Assembly: GCA_012523075.1 (NCBI GenBank)
Contig: JAAYJF010000075.1
Location: 21,009 to 85,008, forward strand
Direction of reading: 5' to 3'
Source of the DNA: Clostridiales bacterium
Lineage (GTDB): Bacteria > Bacillota > Clostridia > Ch29
Length of the DNA: 64,000 nt
Shown: positions 28,270-40,073 of the stretch, one piece after another
Layout of the letters: every line of letters begins with the position of its first letter
How positions within the stretch are numbered: the first letter of the stretch is position 1
Notes under the pieces: generated by a model
The model's database searches: none
Seen by the model: only the letters and a program-made list of their open reading frames with translations
What the model was told of the DNA's origin: nothing
Position numbers and translations under genes: made by a program

Positions 28270-29040
28270 CTATTCCTCCTTACTGTATTGGATAAATTCA
28301 TCCGCCAACTCTTCATAGGCCTCGGCCCCCTTTGACTTAGGGTCATACATCAGTATAGGCACTCCGTAGCTTGGGGCTTCCGCCAGCCTTATATTCCTCG
28401 GTATTATTGTGGTGTAAACCTTGCCTTTAAAATACCGCTTCACTTCATCCACAACCTGTATTGATAGGTTTGTACGCCCGTCAAACATGCTAAGCACTAC
28501 ACCTTCCACCTTCAAATCGGGGTTTAATCCCCTTTGTACCAGCCATATTGTATTCATCAGTTGGCTTACGCCCTCCAGCGCATAGTATTCGCATTGAATT
28601 GGTATAAGTACGCTGTCCGCTGCCGTCAGAGCGTTTATTGTAAGCAGCCCAAGAGAAGGGGGACAGTCTATAAAGACGTAGTCGTAATTATTCCTTATCC
28701 TATTAAGGGCCTCCTTCAGCTTTTTTTCCCTTCCCTCAAACTCTGTCAGTTCTATTTCCGCCCCCGCCAGCTGCACGCTTGAAGGTATTATGCATAGATT
28801 CTCCACCGCCGTTTTTACTATTACCTGTTCCGCTCCGGATTCGCCTATCAGCACTTCGTATATGGTCCTTTCCAGTGCCTTTTTATCTATACCCAATCCG
28901 CTGGTGGTATTACCCTGAGGATCAATATCAACCACCAGCACCTTTTTGCCCCTTACCGCTATGCAAGAGCTTAGATTAACATTGGTGGTGGTCTTCCCTA
29001 CACCGCCCTTCTGGTTAAACACCGCAATAACCTTAGACAC
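28270..29040 (-). CDS. parA: Chromosome partitioning ATPase ParA / Soj
   Basis: Deviant Walker A KGGVGKTT; 256 aa; GTG start with a GAGGTGA ribosome-binding site. Confidence 0.95.
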   Translation of the reverse strand: MSKVIAVFNQKGGVGKTTTNVNLSSCIAVRGKKVLVVDIDPQGNTTSGLGIDKKALERTIYEVLIGESGAEQVIVKTAVENLCIIPSSVQLAGAEIELTEFEGREKKLKEALNRIRNNYDYVFIDCPPSLGLLTINALTAADSVLIPIQCEYYALEGVSQLMNTIWLVQRGLNPDLKVEGVVLSMFDGRTNLSIQVVDEVKRYFKGKVYTTIIPRNIRLAEAPSYGVPILMYDPKSKGAEAYEELADEFIQYSKEE

Positions 29041-29109
29041 CCAATCACCTCATAAAATATTTATTATCCTACTTTTTAATTCTTTATTTTAGCATAAGTT
29101 CCTTCTTAT

Positions 29110-29140
29110 AAAACGAAAAATCTGCCGGGGGGGGCAGATT
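29110..29140 (-). terminator. Rho-independent terminator downstream of noc
   Basis: On the minus strand: AATCTGCC, a G/C loop, GGCAGATT, then UUUUCGUUUU. Confidence 0.5.
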
Positions 29141-29262
29141 GGCGTCGATAAAAATTGACTTGCCTAGGATTTTGTTAATTGGCTTCTTATAATTGGCACC
29201 ATGAATACTCGCTTATTTGGTATGGGTGAGGTGAAAGGCGTGATGTGTGAATAGAACTTCCT

Positions 29263-30090
29263 TTAACCGGAAGAAACGGCTCTTCGTTTAGGTATCTTTA
29301 CTACAACCTCAACGTATTCCCCCGAATCCTTCTGGCTGAATTCGGCCTGTATCCCCGACTGTATTATTGCCCTGTAGGCATTCTTTATAGTATTAACGTA
29401 AATTCTATAGTTTATGGTCCCCCGTATGCTTTTATTTACTTCTTCCATCGTCCTATCAGTCCTGCTGGCGGTTAGCTTGTCTAAAACCCTTTCGACCAAT
29501 TCCTCCGTTTCCTTTACCCGCAGATTCTTCTCGGCTATCCTTTTTAGCAGGTTCATTTGTATCTCCTGTTCAGGTATCTTCAATAGGGCTCTGGCGTGCC
29601 TCTCGGTGAGGCCGTTCTGTATGATGTATTCCTTTACCTCCTTTGACAGCCTCAAAAGCCTTATTTTATTGGCTATTGTTGATTGATTCTTTCCAACTTT
29701 TCTGGCCACCTGCTCCTGGGTAAGCCCATAATCATTCATAAGTGAAGCATAGCCCTCTGCCTCTTCGAAAAAATTTAGGTCCTCCCTCTGCAGATTCTCT
29801 ATAAGAGCAATAATTGCTGAATCCTCATCCAGTATTTCCATGACTATCGCCGGAATACTTACCAGTCCGGCCAGTTTTGCAGCCTTTACCCTTCTCTCCC
29901 CGGCGATTAGCTCAAAAAAACCATCATTCATCCTTTTAACCGCTATGGGCTGCAGCACTCCGTATTCCTTTATGGATAAGGCCAGCTCCTCTATTGTTAT
30001 TTTATTGAATTTTTTTCTGGGCTGGTACGGGTTAGGCCTAACCCTATCTATTTCCACCTGTTCTATTACTGTCTGGAATCCCCCTGACAT
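29263..30090 (-). CDS. noc: Nucleoid occlusion protein Noc (ParB paralogue)
   Basis: ParB-like N-domain ..GERRVKAAKLAGL.. plus HTH; start chosen at MSGGFQTVIEQ.. (AAAGGGGTGG ribosome-binding site). Confidence 0.8.
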   Translation of the reverse strand: MSGGFQTVIEQVEIDRVRPNPYQPRKKFNKITIEELALSIKEYGVLQPIAVKRMNDGFFELIAGERRVKAAKLAGLVSIPAIVMEILDEDSAIIALIENLQREDLNFFEEAEGYASLMNDYGLTQEQVARKVGKNQSTIANKIRLLRLSKEVKEYIIQNGLTERHARALLKIPEQEIQMNLLKRIAEKNLRVKETEELVERVLDKLTASRTDRTMEEVNKSIRGTINYRIYVNTIKNAYRAIIQSGIQAEFSQKDSGEYVEVVVKIPKRRAVSSG

Positions 30091-30243
30091 ATCAGCCACC
30101 CCTTTTAAAAATCTGTTTGCCCATATCCGCTGACTGTTTACTCCAATCATCGCGGTTTTATCTCTACCTATCTATTTCTTTACCTACTCCTTTGTTCCTT
30201 CTGTCCTTTTCAAGAATCGTTCTACACTTACCGCTATGCTTCT

Positions 30244-30966
30244 TCAGCTTAGAGGTTTTTTCGCCGGCCTTCCTGCTTTTCTTGGATATTCCGACCCGGT
30301 GGGCTTAAGTTTTTCAATTATCATTACGTAATGGGTTATTTCCGTAAAGGGCAGACAAAACCTCCGAACCTGGGACAGGCGTCCCCCTAAAACGTCTATC
30401 GCCCTGCCGGCTTGGTCTTTTTCTTCAATGTATCCGGGACCTTTCATCGCAAGAAAAATTCCTCCCTTTTCAACAAAGGGCAGACAGTATTCAGATATCA
30501 CCGACAGATGAGCCACCGCCCTGGAAAAACACAGCCGGTACTTCTCCCTGTGGGCCTCATCCCTGCCCAATTCCTCGGCCCTGCCGTGAATGGGTATCGC
30601 ACCCTCAAGTCCCAACTCGGCTATTACGTGCTCCATGAACTTCACCCTTTTTTGCAAGGAATCCAGTAGCGTAATTTCCAGGTCAGGGTATATTATTTTC
30701 AAAGGAATGCCTGGAAACCCGGCCCCCGTACCCACATCAATAGCTTTAAGTCCGTTTGTCACGTATCCCGTTGCGGCACAGGTAAGAGAATCAAGGAAAT
30801 GCCTTGTAATAACTTCCCGAGCATCGGTAATCGCGGTAAGGTTCATTCTTTTATTCCAAACCATTAGCGATTCCATATATCTCATTAGTTGGGATATCTG
30901 TCCGTCTGAGACTGTTATCCCCAGCTTAATCGCCCCTTCTTTTATCAGCGCCTCCTCCGCCTTCAT
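30244..30966 (-). CDS. rsmG: 16S rRNA (guanine527-N7)-methyltransferase RsmG (GidB)
   Basis: SAM-binding motif [13 protein letters not shown]; 240 aa. Confidence 0.95.
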   Translation of the reverse strand: MKAEEALIKEGAIKLGITVSDGQISQLMRYMESLMVWNKRMNLTAITDAREVITRHFLDSLTCAATGYVTNGLKAIDVGTGAGFPGIPLKIIYPDLEITLLDSLQKRVKFMEHVIAELGLEGAIPIHGRAEELGRDEAHREKYRLCFSRAVAHLSVISEYCLPFVEKGGIFLAMKGPGYIEEKDQAGRAIDVLGGRLSQVRRFCLPFTEITHYVMIIEKLKPTGSEYPRKAGRPAKKPLS

Positions 30967-32852
30967 TTCCTTTCCGCCCTTCTTCTTTGTTCGAGGTATA
31001 CCATGAGTACCGAAATATCCGCCGGAGATACGCCCGTTATCCTGGAGGCCTGTCCTATGGAATCCGGCTTTATTCTGTCAAGCTTCTCCTGGGCCTCTTT
31101 CCTCAGCCCATTAATCCCGAAGTAATTTATTCCGGGGTCAAGCTTCTTGCTCTCCATCCTTTTGAACTGCTCCACCTGCATTTGTTGCTTTTTGATATAG
31201 CCTTCATATTTTATTTCCGTCTCCACCAGTTTGCCTATTAATTTTGGCAAATCCGGCTTTTCTTTATCCAGCACTCCAAGGCTTTCATAATCAATCTCGG
31301 GGCGTTTTAAAAGCTCGTACAGGGTTATGCCCGATTTTATCTCCGAGCTTTCCCTTTCCCGCAAAAACATGTTGGTTTCCGGCGAGGGGGATACAACGGT
31401 ACTTTTAAGTCTTTGAATTTCCCCCTGGAGTTTTTGCATTTTATCCTTGTATTTTTCGTATCTTTCCTCGGTAACCAGCCCTATATCATAGCCCTTTGGA
31501 GTTAACCTGCGATCGGCGTTATCCTGTCTCAGTATTAGCCTGTATTCCGCCCTGGAGGTCATTATCCTATAGGGCTCCTGGGTTCCCTTTGTAACCAAAT
31601 CATCTATAAGCACACCAATATATGCCTCTGAACGGTCTAGTATTACCGGCTGCTGGCCCCTTATTTTTCTGACCGCATTAATGCCCGCCATTATCCCCTG
31701 GGCCGCTGCCTCTTCGTATCCGGAGCTGCCGTTTATCTGACCGGCGCAGAACAGCCCGTTTATTCCCTTGCACTCCAACGATAAATCCAGCTGCGTTGGG
31801 TCTATACAATCGTATTCTATGGCATAGGCGGTCCTCATTATTTTTACCTTTTCCAGTCCCTTAATTGAACGATAAAACTGCACCTGGACGTCCTCCGGAA
31901 GGCTGGTTGACATACCTTGTACATACATTTCACTGGTCTCCCTTCCCTCCGGTTCAATAAAAAGCTGGTGCGTCTGCTTGTCCGGGAAAACGGTGAGTTT
32001 GCTCTCTATGGAGGGACAGTACCTGACCCCAACGCCGGTAATTTCTCCCCCGTACAGCGCAGACCTTTCTATGTTTTCCTTTACTATCCTGTGGGTATCC
32101 TCATTGGTATAACCCAACCAGCAGGAAATCTGTTCCCTATCCAGGTTTTCAAACTCGTTAAGAAAGGAAAAGGGCATTATCTCCCGATCTCCGCTTTGTT
32201 CGATCAAAACGGAATAATCGATAGAATCCCTGTGTACCCTGGCAGGAGTTCCCGTTTTAAACCTCATAAGTTTAAGTCCTGCCCTTTCCAGGCTTTCGGA
32301 CAGATCGTTGGCCGCAAACAGGCCGTAAGGACCGCCCTCGTAGCTAATTTTTCCTATATGTATTTTACCCCTGAGATACACCCCTGTGGTTAGTATAACG
32401 GTTTTGGCACTGTAAACCGCCCCATTCTTGGTTTTTACCCCTCTGCATTCGCCCTGTTCCACTATTATGTCCGTTACCTCATCCTGCTTAATATCAAGGT
32501 TTGGCTGCTCCTCCAGAGTCCTTTTCATTTCAGACTGGTAGTCCCTTTTATCGGCCTGGGCTCTCAGCGAATGAACCGCCGGGCCTTTGCCGGTGTTTAG
32601 CATTTTTATCTGGATGAAGGTCTTATCTATTAAAACCCCCATCTCCCCGCCCAGGGCATCTATCTCCCTCACCAGATGTCCCTTGCCGGTACCCCCTATT
32701 GCAGGATTGCAGGCCATAAGCGCTATACTGTCAAGATTAAGGGTAACCACGAGGGTCTTGCAGCCAAGCCTTGCCGATGCAAGGCATGCCTCACATCCCG
32801 CATGCCCGGCGCCCACCACTATTACGTCATAGTCCCCTGCGTTATATTCCAT
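30963..32852 (-). CDS. mnmG: tRNA uridine 5-carboxymethylaminomethyl modification enzyme MnmG (GidA)
   Basis: FAD motif [14 protein letters not shown]; 629 aa. Confidence 0.97.
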   Translation of the reverse strand: MEYNAGDYDVIVVGAGHAGCEACLASARLGCKTLVVTLNLDSIALMACNPAIGGTGKGHLVREIDALGGEMGVLIDKTFIQIKMLNTGKGPAVHSLRAQADKRDYQSEMKRTLEEQPNLDIKQDEVTDIIVEQGECRGVKTKNGAVYSAKTVILTTGVYLRGKIHIGKISYEGGPYGLFAANDLSESLERAGLKLMRFKTGTPARVHRDSIDYSVLIEQSGDREIMPFSFLNEFENLDREQISCWLGYTNEDTHRIVKENIERSALYGGEITGVGVRYCPSIESKLTVFPDKQTHQLFIEPEGRETSEMYVQGMSTSLPEDVQVQFYRSIKGLEKVKIMRTAYAIEYDCIDPTQLDLSLECKGINGLFCAGQINGSSGYEEAAAQGIMAGINAVRKIRGQQPVILDRSEAYIGVLIDDLVTKGTQEPYRIMTSRAEYRLILRQDNADRRLTPKGYDIGLVTEERYEKYKDKMQKLQGEIQRLKSTVVSPSPETNMFLRERESSEIKSGITLYELLKRPEIDYESLGVLDKEKPDLPKLIGKLVETEIKYEGYIKKQQMQVEQFKRMESKKLDPGINYFGINGLRKEAQEKLDRIKPDSIGQASRITGVSPADISVLMVYLEQRRRAERK

Positions 32853-32862
32853 TATATCCCTC

Positions 32863-34254
32863 CTACTTGCCTATGCAAAAGTCTGCAAATATCCTGTCTA
32901 CAATTTCCTCGGTTATGTTGTCTCCGGTTATTTCTCCAAGGGCTTCAAGGGCCGCCTTTATATCTATCGAAACAAGGTCGACGGGAAGACCGCCCTTCAT
33001 AGCCCTTATAGCATCCCCAAGGCTTCTTTTGGCCCTCTTGAGACAGTCCTCGTGCCTTACCCTGGTAACCATAACCGCATCACTGCTTCTTATGCCGTCC
33101 GAAAATACCAAATTATATATGGTGTCCTCCAAGGCATCCAACCCTCTATCCTGTACAAGGGACATATGTATTACCGGCCATTCCGGGTACCTATCGGTAA
33201 TCTCCCGTTCGTCCAGCCTTATTTCCAAATCAGTTTTGTTTATTAACACTATCGACCTTTTATCCTTAATGATATCCAGTATTGCCCTGTCCTCCTTTGA
33301 TAGGGGTCTTGCGGCGTCCAGCACCAGCAGCACCAAATCGGCATTTTCCATATATACCCTGGTCTTTTCAACTCCTATGCTTTCCACCAAATCATCGGTT
33401 TCCCTTAGACCCGCAGTATCCATTAACCTTAGCGGAATACCCTTTAAGTTTATGTATTCCTCTATCACATCCCTTGTAGTCCCCGGCACTTCGGTGACTA
33501 TCGCCCTGTTCTCCCTAAGCAGTGCATTAAGCAGGGAGGATTTACCCACGTTGGGCTTTCCGATTATTACGGTTTTAAGGCCCTCCCGTACTATCCTGCC
33601 CCCGGAGGACGTGGCCAGCAGCCTTTCCACCATATCCACCGCCTGCCGGGTATCCTCCAGCAGCGTCTCCCTGGTCTGCTCCTCTATGTCATGCTCGGGG
33701 AAATCTATCGAAGCCTCCACCCCGGCCATTATCGACAGCAGTTTATCCTTTATCTCATCCAAATACCGGGACAACCCGCCTTCTAGCTGACTTACGGCAG
33801 TTTTTAAGCCCATGTCGGATTTTGAATGGATTATATCCATAACCGCCTCGGCCTGGGACAGGTCTATCCTACCGTTCAAAAAAGCCCTTTTGGTAAATTC
33901 CCCCGGCTCTGCCACCCTTGCTCCCGCCTCAACAATTAACTCCAGTATGTTTCTTACCGCGGCGTTTCCACCGTGACAGTGAATCTCCACAACGTCCTCC
34001 CTTGTATACGTATACGGTGCTTTCATTGCAACCACAAAAACCTCGTCAATTGTTTCCCCGTCGTCGGGATTAGTAATATGGCCATAGTTCATCCTTCTGT
34101 CCGGCAGTTGCTCCAGCGATTTGCCGGATACCGATCTGAAGACCCGGGCCGCTATGCTTATCGCACAGAGGCCGCTTATGCGCACTATCCCAATGCCGCT
34201 CTCCCCCGGGGCAGTGGCTATTGCGGTAATTGTATCTTCTTCCCTTATTACCAT
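32863..34254 (-). CDS. mnmE: tRNA modification GTPase MnmE (TrmE)
   Basis: G-domain [12 protein letters not shown]; C-terminal CIGK; 463 aa. Confidence 0.97.
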   Translation of the reverse strand: MVIREEDTITAIATAPGESGIGIVRISGLCAISIAARVFRSVSGKSLEQLPDRRMNYGHITNPDDGETIDEVFVVAMKAPYTYTREDVVEIHCHGGNAAVRNILELIVEAGARVAEPGEFTKRAFLNGRIDLSQAEAVMDIIHSKSDMGLKTAVSQLEGGLSRYLDEIKDKLLSIMAGVEASIDFPEHDIEEQTRETLLEDTRQAVDMVERLLATSSGGRIVREGLKTVIIGKPNVGKSSLLNALLRENRAIVTEVPGTTRDVIEEYINLKGIPLRLMDTAGLRETDDLVESIGVEKTRVYMENADLVLLVLDAARPLSKEDRAILDIIKDKRSIVLINKTDLEIRLDEREITDRYPEWPVIHMSLVQDRGLDALEDTIYNLVFSDGIRSSDAVMVTRVRHEDCLKRAKRSLGDAIRAMKGGLPVDLVSIDIKAALEALGEITGDNITEEIVDRIFADFCIGK

Positions 34255-34480
34255 GGAACATCACCTCTAAAGTATTATACCACTTCCATTATTGCCATAA
34301 ACTACTGCAATTCTCTTTTTAAAGGCAGCCCCTCCAATTCTTTAGGAGAGGCCATTATCCAAAAGTCTAGCGCTACTTATCTCTCGCTTACACCAGTAGT
34401 TCCAGCATTGCATCTTTTACCATGTGTAGAAATACTAAGTAGCGAACATAAACGGGAGGCTTAGTGATGATTAGTCATCG

Positions 34481-34511
34481 TAAATATTTAAAGCAGGTGC
34501 ATGGCACCTGC
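34481..34511 (-). terminator. Rho-independent terminator after jag
   Basis: On the minus strand: GCAGGUGC CAU GCACCUGC followed by UUUAAAUAUUUA. Confidence 0.5.
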
Positions 34512-34522
34512 TCACAGTCAAT

Positions 34523-35155
34523 TTATTTTAGGCTTACTATTACCTTTCTGTACGGTTCTTCCCCTTCGCTGTGAGTTGTAACCCTGTCATTGCCCTGCAG
34601 TGCAGAATGGATTATCCTTCTTTCGTAGGGGTTCATGGGCTCTAAGGCTATATCCTTGCCTATCCTTACCGCCTTATATGCTATGTTCTTTGCCAACTTT
34701 ATCAGCGTTTCCTCTCTCTTTTTCCTGTAGTTCTCGGTGTCCACAATAACACGGTAGTAATGCTCCGGGTATTTCCTGTTAACCACAAGACCCGTTATGT
34801 ATTGTATCGAATCCAGGGTCTGTCCTCTTCTGCCTATTAGAACTCCCATGTTGTGACCCTTGAATTCCGCCCGTATAATGCTTCCTTCTTCCTCCTCCAC
34901 CGTTACCCTGCCTTCTACTCCCATTACATCCAGTAGCTCTTCGAGGAATTCCCTTGCCACATCGGAAGGCGTTGCTTTCAGTGTAACCCTAACCCTTGCC
35001 GGTTTATTATTTATAAGGCCCAGCAGGCCCTTTCCCGGCTCCTCAAGGATATCAATCTTAACATCACCTAAGTCAACACCCAGTTCATCTATAGCCAACT
35101 GAACCGCTTCCTGAATGGTCTTGCCCGTTTTTTCAACAGATTTTTCCATCGTCAA
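34523..35155 (-). CDS. jag: Jag/KhpB RNA-binding protein (KH plus R3H domains)
   Basis: 210 aa; C-terminal R3H ..RRIIHSALQGNDRVTTHSEGEEPYRKVIV.. Confidence 0.9.
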   Translation of the reverse strand: MTMEKSVEKTGKTIQEAVQLAIDELGVDLGDVKIDILEEPGKGLLGLINNKPARVRVTLKATPSDVAREFLEELLDVMGVEGRVTVEEEEGSIIRAEFKGHNMGVLIGRRGQTLDSIQYITGLVVNRKYPEHYYRVIVDTENYRKKREETLIKLAKNIAYKAVRIGKDIALEPMNPYERRIIHSALQGNDRVTTHSEGEEPYRKVIVSLK

Positions 35156-35844
35156 TTGGATTCCTCCTTAGCCTTACCTCCACGGCCCAGGCCAAAGTAT
35201 TGCTGCACTATCTGGAATACATTGCTAAGCACCCAATACAGTGTGACTCCGGCAGGAAAACTAAAACTAAAGTATCCTATCATAAGAGGCATTATCGTAT
35301 TCATCGTACTTTGGGTGCCTTCGGCATTCTTGGGCGTCACCATCTTTGACTGGTAGTAGGTTGTAGCGGCGGCCAGTATAGGCAATATCCACATTACCGG
35401 CTCCTTCATGCTTTCCGTAAAACTTGATGTCGCCGACAGGTCTTCTATCCAAAGAAAGCTCTTGTTTACCGTTTCATAAACCTCCGGAGTAAACACATAT
35501 CGATCAGGTAACCTTAAAACCTGAAACAGTGCAAACAGTATTGGAAGTTGTAATAGAAGAGGCAGGCATCCACCGGCAAAAGGGTTGACATTATGCTGCC
35601 TGTACAGTTCCATGGTCTTTTCATTTAGCTTCTGTTTATCGTTGCCGTATTTCTTTTGCAGCGCCTTTAACTTCGGGTTAAGCTCCTGCATCTGTTTCAT
35701 CGACTTGGTCTGTTTCAGCGTAAGCGGCAGTAGAATTAATTTTACCAGTATGGTAAAGACTACTATCGACAATCCATAACTGTTGACCATGTTATATATA
35801 CTAAAGAGCAGCCTTCCCAATGGTACAGAAATCGCGTTAATCAT
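35152..35844 (-). CDS. yidC: Membrane protein insertase YidC / SpoIIIJ
   Basis: 230 aa; 5 TM helices; conserved ..QLPILFALF.. Confidence 0.9.
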   Translation of the reverse strand: MINAISVPLGRLLFSIYNMVNSYGLSIVVFTILVKLILLPLTLKQTKSMKQMQELNPKLKALQKKYGNDKQKLNEKTMELYRQHNVNPFAGGCLPLLLQLPILFALFQVLRLPDRYVFTPEVYETVNKSFLWIEDLSATSSFTESMKEPVMWILPILAAATTYYQSKMVTPKNAEGTQSTMNTIMPLMIGYFSFSFPAGVTLYWVLSNVFQIVQQYFGLGRGGKAKEESN

Positions 35845-35865
35845 TTCTCTCCCCCTATTCTGTGG

Positions 35866-36075
35866 TTATTTTACGGGGTCATAACCTCCCGGATGGAACG
35901 GATGGCACTTCAGTATCCTTTTGCCAGCCATGAACGTCCCCTTTATTGCTCCATGCTTGTCTATGGCTTGAATTGCATATTCTGAACAGGTCGGATAGAA
36001 CCTGCACTTTCCAATTTTTATGGGTGAAATAAACATCCTGTACAAAGATATAATAAAAACAAGTACCTTTTTCAT
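35866..36075 (-). CDS. yidD: Membrane protein insertion efficiency factor YidD
   Basis: 69 aa; ..[25 protein letters not shown].. Confidence 0.85.
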   Translation of the reverse strand: MKKVLVFIISLYRMFISPIKIGKCRFYPTCSEYAIQAIDKHGAIKGTFMAGKRILKCHPFHPGGYDPVK

Positions 36076-36422
36076 TTTAATCCTTCTTTTTCCACGAGTT
36101 TATGTCTTACCAGCAAATCTGCCATCCATTTCTCTATGTCTTTGTATTCCATCTCTTTTGCCTGCATCCGGGCTATCAGTACAAGGTCATAGCCCTTTGC
36201 AATTCTCCCGGAATATTTCCTGTATGCTTCCTTTATAAGCCTTTTTACTCTGTTTCTTACAACGCTCTTTCCAACTTTTTTGCTGACACTTATGCCTATT
36301 CTGTTATACTCTTTTCCATTGCTAAGTACATACATCACCAGTACGGGATTGGCCTTGCTCCTGCCTCTATTGTAAACTCTGGAGAAGTCTTTGCTAGCTC
36401 TAATCGAAATTAAATCCGCCAT
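36072..36422 (-). CDS. rnpA: Ribonuclease P protein component
   Basis: ..[26 protein letters not shown]..; start chosen at MADLISI.. (AAGAAGGG ribosome-binding site). The track ORF extends to 36497. Confidence 0.8.
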   Translation of the reverse strand: MADLISIRASKDFSRVYNRGRSKANPVLVMYVLSNGKEYNRIGISVSKKVGKSVVRNRVKRLIKEAYRKYSGRIAKGYDLVLIARMQAKEMEYKDIEKWMADLLVRHKLVEKEGLK

Positions 36423-36578
36423 AAGAACCCTTCTTTTCACTGTTCCTGCATAAAATATGTGCATGTTGCCAACGCTGTATTCTGCGGGCACACACATGGA
36501 ACAGCTTATTTACCTACAATGATATTATAATAGCTCTTCAGCCCTAAAAATCTATAAAAAGGCCCCCTGGTAGCGGCC

Positions 36579-36713
36579 TTATGCTGTCAACCTTTTCCTT
36601 CCTTTTTTTCTTCTGTTTTTTAATATCCTTCTTCCAGTGCTAGTTTTCATCCTTTTTCTGAAACCGTGTTCCTTCTTTCTTTTCCTTTTTTTAGGCTGGT
36701 AAGTCATTTTCAT
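36579..36713 (-). CDS. rpmH: 50S ribosomal protein L34
   Basis: The minus-strand translation [44 protein letters not shown] is 44 aa. It is missing from the ORF track because it is shorter than 60 aa. Confidence 0.9.
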   Translation of the reverse strand: MKMTYQPKKRKRKKEHGFRKRMKTSTGRRILKNRRKKGRKRLTA

Positions 36714-36823
36714 AAGTCACACCCCCTCTTCCTTGTCTGGGCTTTTTGAGACTGTTCCCCGAATTATATATAGATTATAGCCTTATTGAATATTAGTGTC
36801 AAGAAAATGAAATTGTGGATAAT

Positions 36824-37078
36824 GTAAAAATCGGTGTTATTTTTTGTGGATATGTTGCCGATAATTATTGATAACACCGGAATAATTTGTTATCATAAGA
36901 TAGCATCTTGGGACGAACGGGAGCATATGCAAAAAATTCGTCTGCCCTTTTATTTGCAACGATATAAGGACTATAGCCGACAGCTCCCAACCGTTTAAAA
37001 ACAGTTCTTATTTATATTTTATTTATTACCCGGGGGAAGAAAATTATTCCTAATCAATGTGGACATTTGTGTGGACAA
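36824..37078. promoter_or_regulatory. oriC: oriC part 1: DnaA-box cluster upstream of dnaA, including the dnaA promoter region
   Basis: Perfect TTATCCACA (reverse complement at ~36824-36832), TATCCACA (~36845), ATGTCCACA (~37058) and TTGTCCACA (~37070). Confidence 0.7.
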
Positions 37079-37100
37079 CCCATATTAAGGAGGCAATACA

Positions 37101-38444
37101 ATGGAGAACGACACGACATCCGTTTGGGAAGAAACTTTGACGCTAATAAAGGACGAACTTGCGGAAGTAAGTTTCAATACATGGTTCAAAGTTATCCAAT
37201 TGGTTGAAACAACCAATGAAAAAATAGTACTTTGTGCCCCTAACGAATTTATTAAAAACATTCTCGAAACCCGATACATAACGCTTATTTTCAATGCCCT
37301 AGAACAGGTAACCTCCAAACAGTACGATATAAGCATTATACTGCCAGAGGAAAGGGATTCCAAAACCCAGGGCGGTGGCAGAAATAAACAAAACGATGAG
37401 AGGGATTCGCTCACTTCCGATTTGGGTATATTAAATCCAAAATATACCTTCGACACCTTTGTTATTGGAAACAGCAACCGGTTTGCCCACGCTGCTTCTC
37501 TGGCGGTATCCGAGGCACCCGCAAAGTCCTACAACCCGCTTTTTATATACGGAGGGGTTGGACTGGGCAAAACCCATCTTATGCATGCCATAGGGCACTA
37601 CATACTAAGAACCAATCCAAGGACCCGGGTTTTGTATACAACCTCGGAAAAGTTTACAAACGACCTTATCAATTCCATAAGGGATGATAAGAACGTTGAG
37701 TTCAGAAACAGGTACAGGACCACCGATGTTCTGCTTGTGGACGATATACAGTTTATAGCCGACAAGGAAAGGACCCAGGAGGAGTTTTTTCATACCTTTA
37801 ATTCGTTGTACGAGTCCAGCAAGCAGATAATAATCTCCAGCGACCGGCCCCCTAAGGAAATACCCACGCTGGAGGACAGGCTTAGGTCAAGGTTTGAATG
37901 GGGCCTTATTTGCGATATTCAGCCCCCGGACTTTGAGACCCGTATAGCCATACTAAAGAAAAAAGCCAGGCTGGAGAATATATCCACCCCCGATGAGGTG
38001 CTTGTGTTTATTGCAAAAAAAATAGAATCAAATATCCGGGAGCTGGAAGGTGCCCTCATAAGGGTTGTTGCATATTCCTCCCTTACAAACAGGGAAATAA
38101 ATATGGACCTTACCCAGGAAGCCCTTAAGGATTTCTTCTCTAATTCCAAGCCAAAGCCAGTGACGGTGGATTTGATAAAGCGGGTCATATCCGAATATTA
38201 TTCTATAAGGATAGAAGACTTCAAATCTAGAAAACGCACCCGGGCCATTGCATTCCCACGACAGGTAGCCATGTACCTGGCCAGGGAACTGACCGACCTT
38301 TCACTGCCCAAAATTGGGGAGGAATTCGGCGGAAGGGACCACACAACAGTACTGCACGCCTACGATAAGATTTCAACCGAGCTTAAAAGGGATGAATCCC
38401 TTAAAATAGCAATGGGTGAAATACAAAAAAGGCTAAACGGTTAG
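37101..38444 (+). CDS. dnaA: Chromosomal replication initiator protein DnaA
   Basis: Walker [11 protein letters not shown]; DnaA signature; C-terminal HTH; 447 aa; AAGGAGG ribosome-binding site. Confidence 0.98.
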   Translation: MENDTTSVWEETLTLIKDELAEVSFNTWFKVIQLVETTNEKIVLCAPNEFIKNILETRYITLIFNALEQVTSKQYDISIILPEERDSKTQGGGRNKQNDERDSLTSDLGILNPKYTFDTFVIGNSNRFAHAASLAVSEAPAKSYNPLFIYGGVGLGKTHLMHAIGHYILRTNPRTRVLYTTSEKFTNDLINSIRDDKNVEFRNRYRTTDVLLVDDIQFIADKERTQEEFFHTFNSLYESSKQIIISSDRPPKEIPTLEDRLRSRFEWGLICDIQPPDFETRIAILKKKARLENISTPDEVLVFIAKKIESNIRELEGALIRVVAYSSLTNREINMDLTQEALKDFFSNSKPKPVTVDLIKRVISEYYSIRIEDFKSRKRTRAIAFPRQVAMYLARELTDLSLPKIGEEFGGRDHTTVLHAYDKISTELKRDESLKIAMGEIQKRLNG

Positions 38445-38525
38445 CCCCTTCCGCTGGGGATAACCGGTTGATAACCTGTTGACTATTACAAATGGAATAT
38501 ATACCCATATTCAAAGAGTGCATAG

Positions 38526-38670
38526 TGTGGAAAATCATACACCGATTAATAACAATCGGTTAACAGACGGTACTGTTCCTCCTGCTACAGTCCGGTCTCT
38601 TTTCCACATATCAACACCCCCTACTACTATTACTACTATATTTTTATATATTTATATAATAAAAACTTGG
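38526..38670. promoter_or_regulatory. oriC: oriC part 2: DnaA boxes plus an AT-rich DNA unwinding element between dnaA and dnaN
   Basis: TTTTCCACA (reverse complement, ~38526) and TTTTCCACA (~38600). The 40-bp AT tract ACTATATTTTTATATATTTATATAATAAAAA ends at the dnaN ribosome-binding site. Confidence 0.7.
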
Positions 38671-39791
38671 TTTTGGAGGTTATTCACATGAAACTTGTTT
38701 GTAGCAGAGATGAATTACTGGAAGGAATACTGACAGCCCAAAAAGCGGTACCTTCGAGAACCACTCTTCCTATACTCCAGGGTATACTGCTAGACTGCAG
38801 GGACGAAACCCTGAAGCTTAGGGCTACAGATCTTGAAATTGGAATAGAATGTAGTGTTAATGCAGATATAGTGGACAAGGGTTGGGTTGTACTGGATTCA
38901 AGACTGTTGGGAGAGATTATCAGAAAACTCCCCCCGGAGGATGTAGAGGTTTTGGTGGTTGAGTGTAATATTGCCGAAATTAAGTGTGCAAACTCCAGTT
39001 TTCGTCTGCAGGGGCAAAGCGGTGAAGAGTTTCCGCAACTGCCGCAGGTGGACGGTGAAAGAAGCCTAATAATTCCCCAGGACCTGCTAAAGAGCGTTAT
39101 AAGGCAGGTGGTTTTCGCCTGTGCGGTGGAAGAAACAAGGCCTATACTGACAGGAGCGCTGGTGGAATGCATATCGGGGGATATGGTTATGGCAGCCCGT
39201 GACGGGTTCAGGCTTGCGGTAAGGAACGTAAGGCTCGAAGATGCCCGGGAGGATATCTCGGTGGTTGTACCCGCCAAGGCTCTAAATGAAATACAGAGAA
39301 TTTTAAGGGATACCCAGCAGGGAGTACAAATAAAGCTGGCAGGTAACCATATCCTGTTTGGCATGGAGGATACAAGGGTTATTTCACGTCTTTTGGAGGG
39401 CGATTTTATTAACTACAAGCAGATTATTCCAGAGGAATACGGCACCTGTATACGGCTAAAGAACGAAGAACTGCTAGAGAGCTGTGAAAGGGCTTCTTTG
39501 CTGGCCAGGGAAGGGAAGAATAATCTCATTAAGTTAAGCATAACAAAGGAGCGGCTGGAGATTACCTCCAACGCCGAAATTGGGGACGTACGGGAGGAAA
39601 TTTTAGTGGAAACTGAGGGACAGGACCTGGAGATCGCCTTTAATTCCAAGTATCTAACCGATGTACTTAAGGTAATAGAGGGCGAGTATTTACGAATGGA
39701 ATTTACCACCAGCGTAAGCCCCTGCATAATAAAGCCGGAGGGCAGTGAAGACTATATTTACTTGCTGCTGCCGGTAAGGGTAATTTCATAA
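38667..39791 (+). CDS. dnaN: DNA polymerase III beta sliding clamp
   Basis: 374 aa; MKLVCSRDELLEGILTAQKAV.. Confidence 0.97.
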   Translation: MVLEVIHMKLVCSRDELLEGILTAQKAVPSRTTLPILQGILLDCRDETLKLRATDLEIGIECSVNADIVDKGWVVLDSRLLGEIIRKLPPEDVEVLVVECNIAEIKCANSSFRLQGQSGEEFPQLPQVDGERSLIIPQDLLKSVIRQVVFACAVEETRPILTGALVECISGDMVMAARDGFRLAVRNVRLEDAREDISVVVPAKALNEIQRILRDTQQGVQIKLAGNHILFGMEDTRVISRLLEGDFINYKQIIPEEYGTCIRLKNEELLESCERASLLAREGKNNLIKLSITKERLEITSNAEIGDVREEILVETEGQDLEIAFNSKYLTDVLKVIEGEYLRMEFTTSVSPCIIKPEGSEDYIYLLLPVRVIS

Positions 39792-39802
39792 AAAAGGTAG
39801 CG

Positions 39803-40057
39803 GTGTTAGCATTTAATGTGGGAGATGGTGACGTGGAAAAGGTGCATATAAGGGGACACCATATAACCCTTGGCCAGCTTTTAAAGTTGTCTGGTATCGC
39901 CCAAACGGGTGGCCAGGCAAAATTTATGGTTGCAGACGGAAGGGTTAGGATAAACGGGCGTATAACCTTTCAAAGGGGAAAAAAGGTTTTCCCCGGGGAT
40001 ATTGTGGGTTTGGACGGCAGAGACGTAATAGAGGTGAGACCCGGGGAGCAGGGGTGA
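39803..40057 (+). CDS. yaaA: S4-domain RNA-binding protein YaaA
   Basis: ..TLGQLLKLSGIAQTGGQAKFMVADGRVRINGRI..; GTG start. The alternative start at ~39833 gives a ~75-aa protein like B. subtilis YaaA. Confidence 0.75.
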   Translation: MLAFNVGDGDVEKVHIRGHHITLGQLLKLSGIAQTGGQAKFMVADGRVRINGRITFQRGKKVFPGDIVGLDGRDVIEVRPGEQG

Positions 40058-40073
40058 AAAAACCGATGATTGC

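Noticed and set aside
34255-34522. mnmE-jag intergenic region as a DnaA-box cluster (as in B. subtilis thdF-jag)
   Set aside because: Only weak 7/9 matches (TTATCCAAA and one other) were seen, which is not convincing as a cluster. Only the jag terminator is called.
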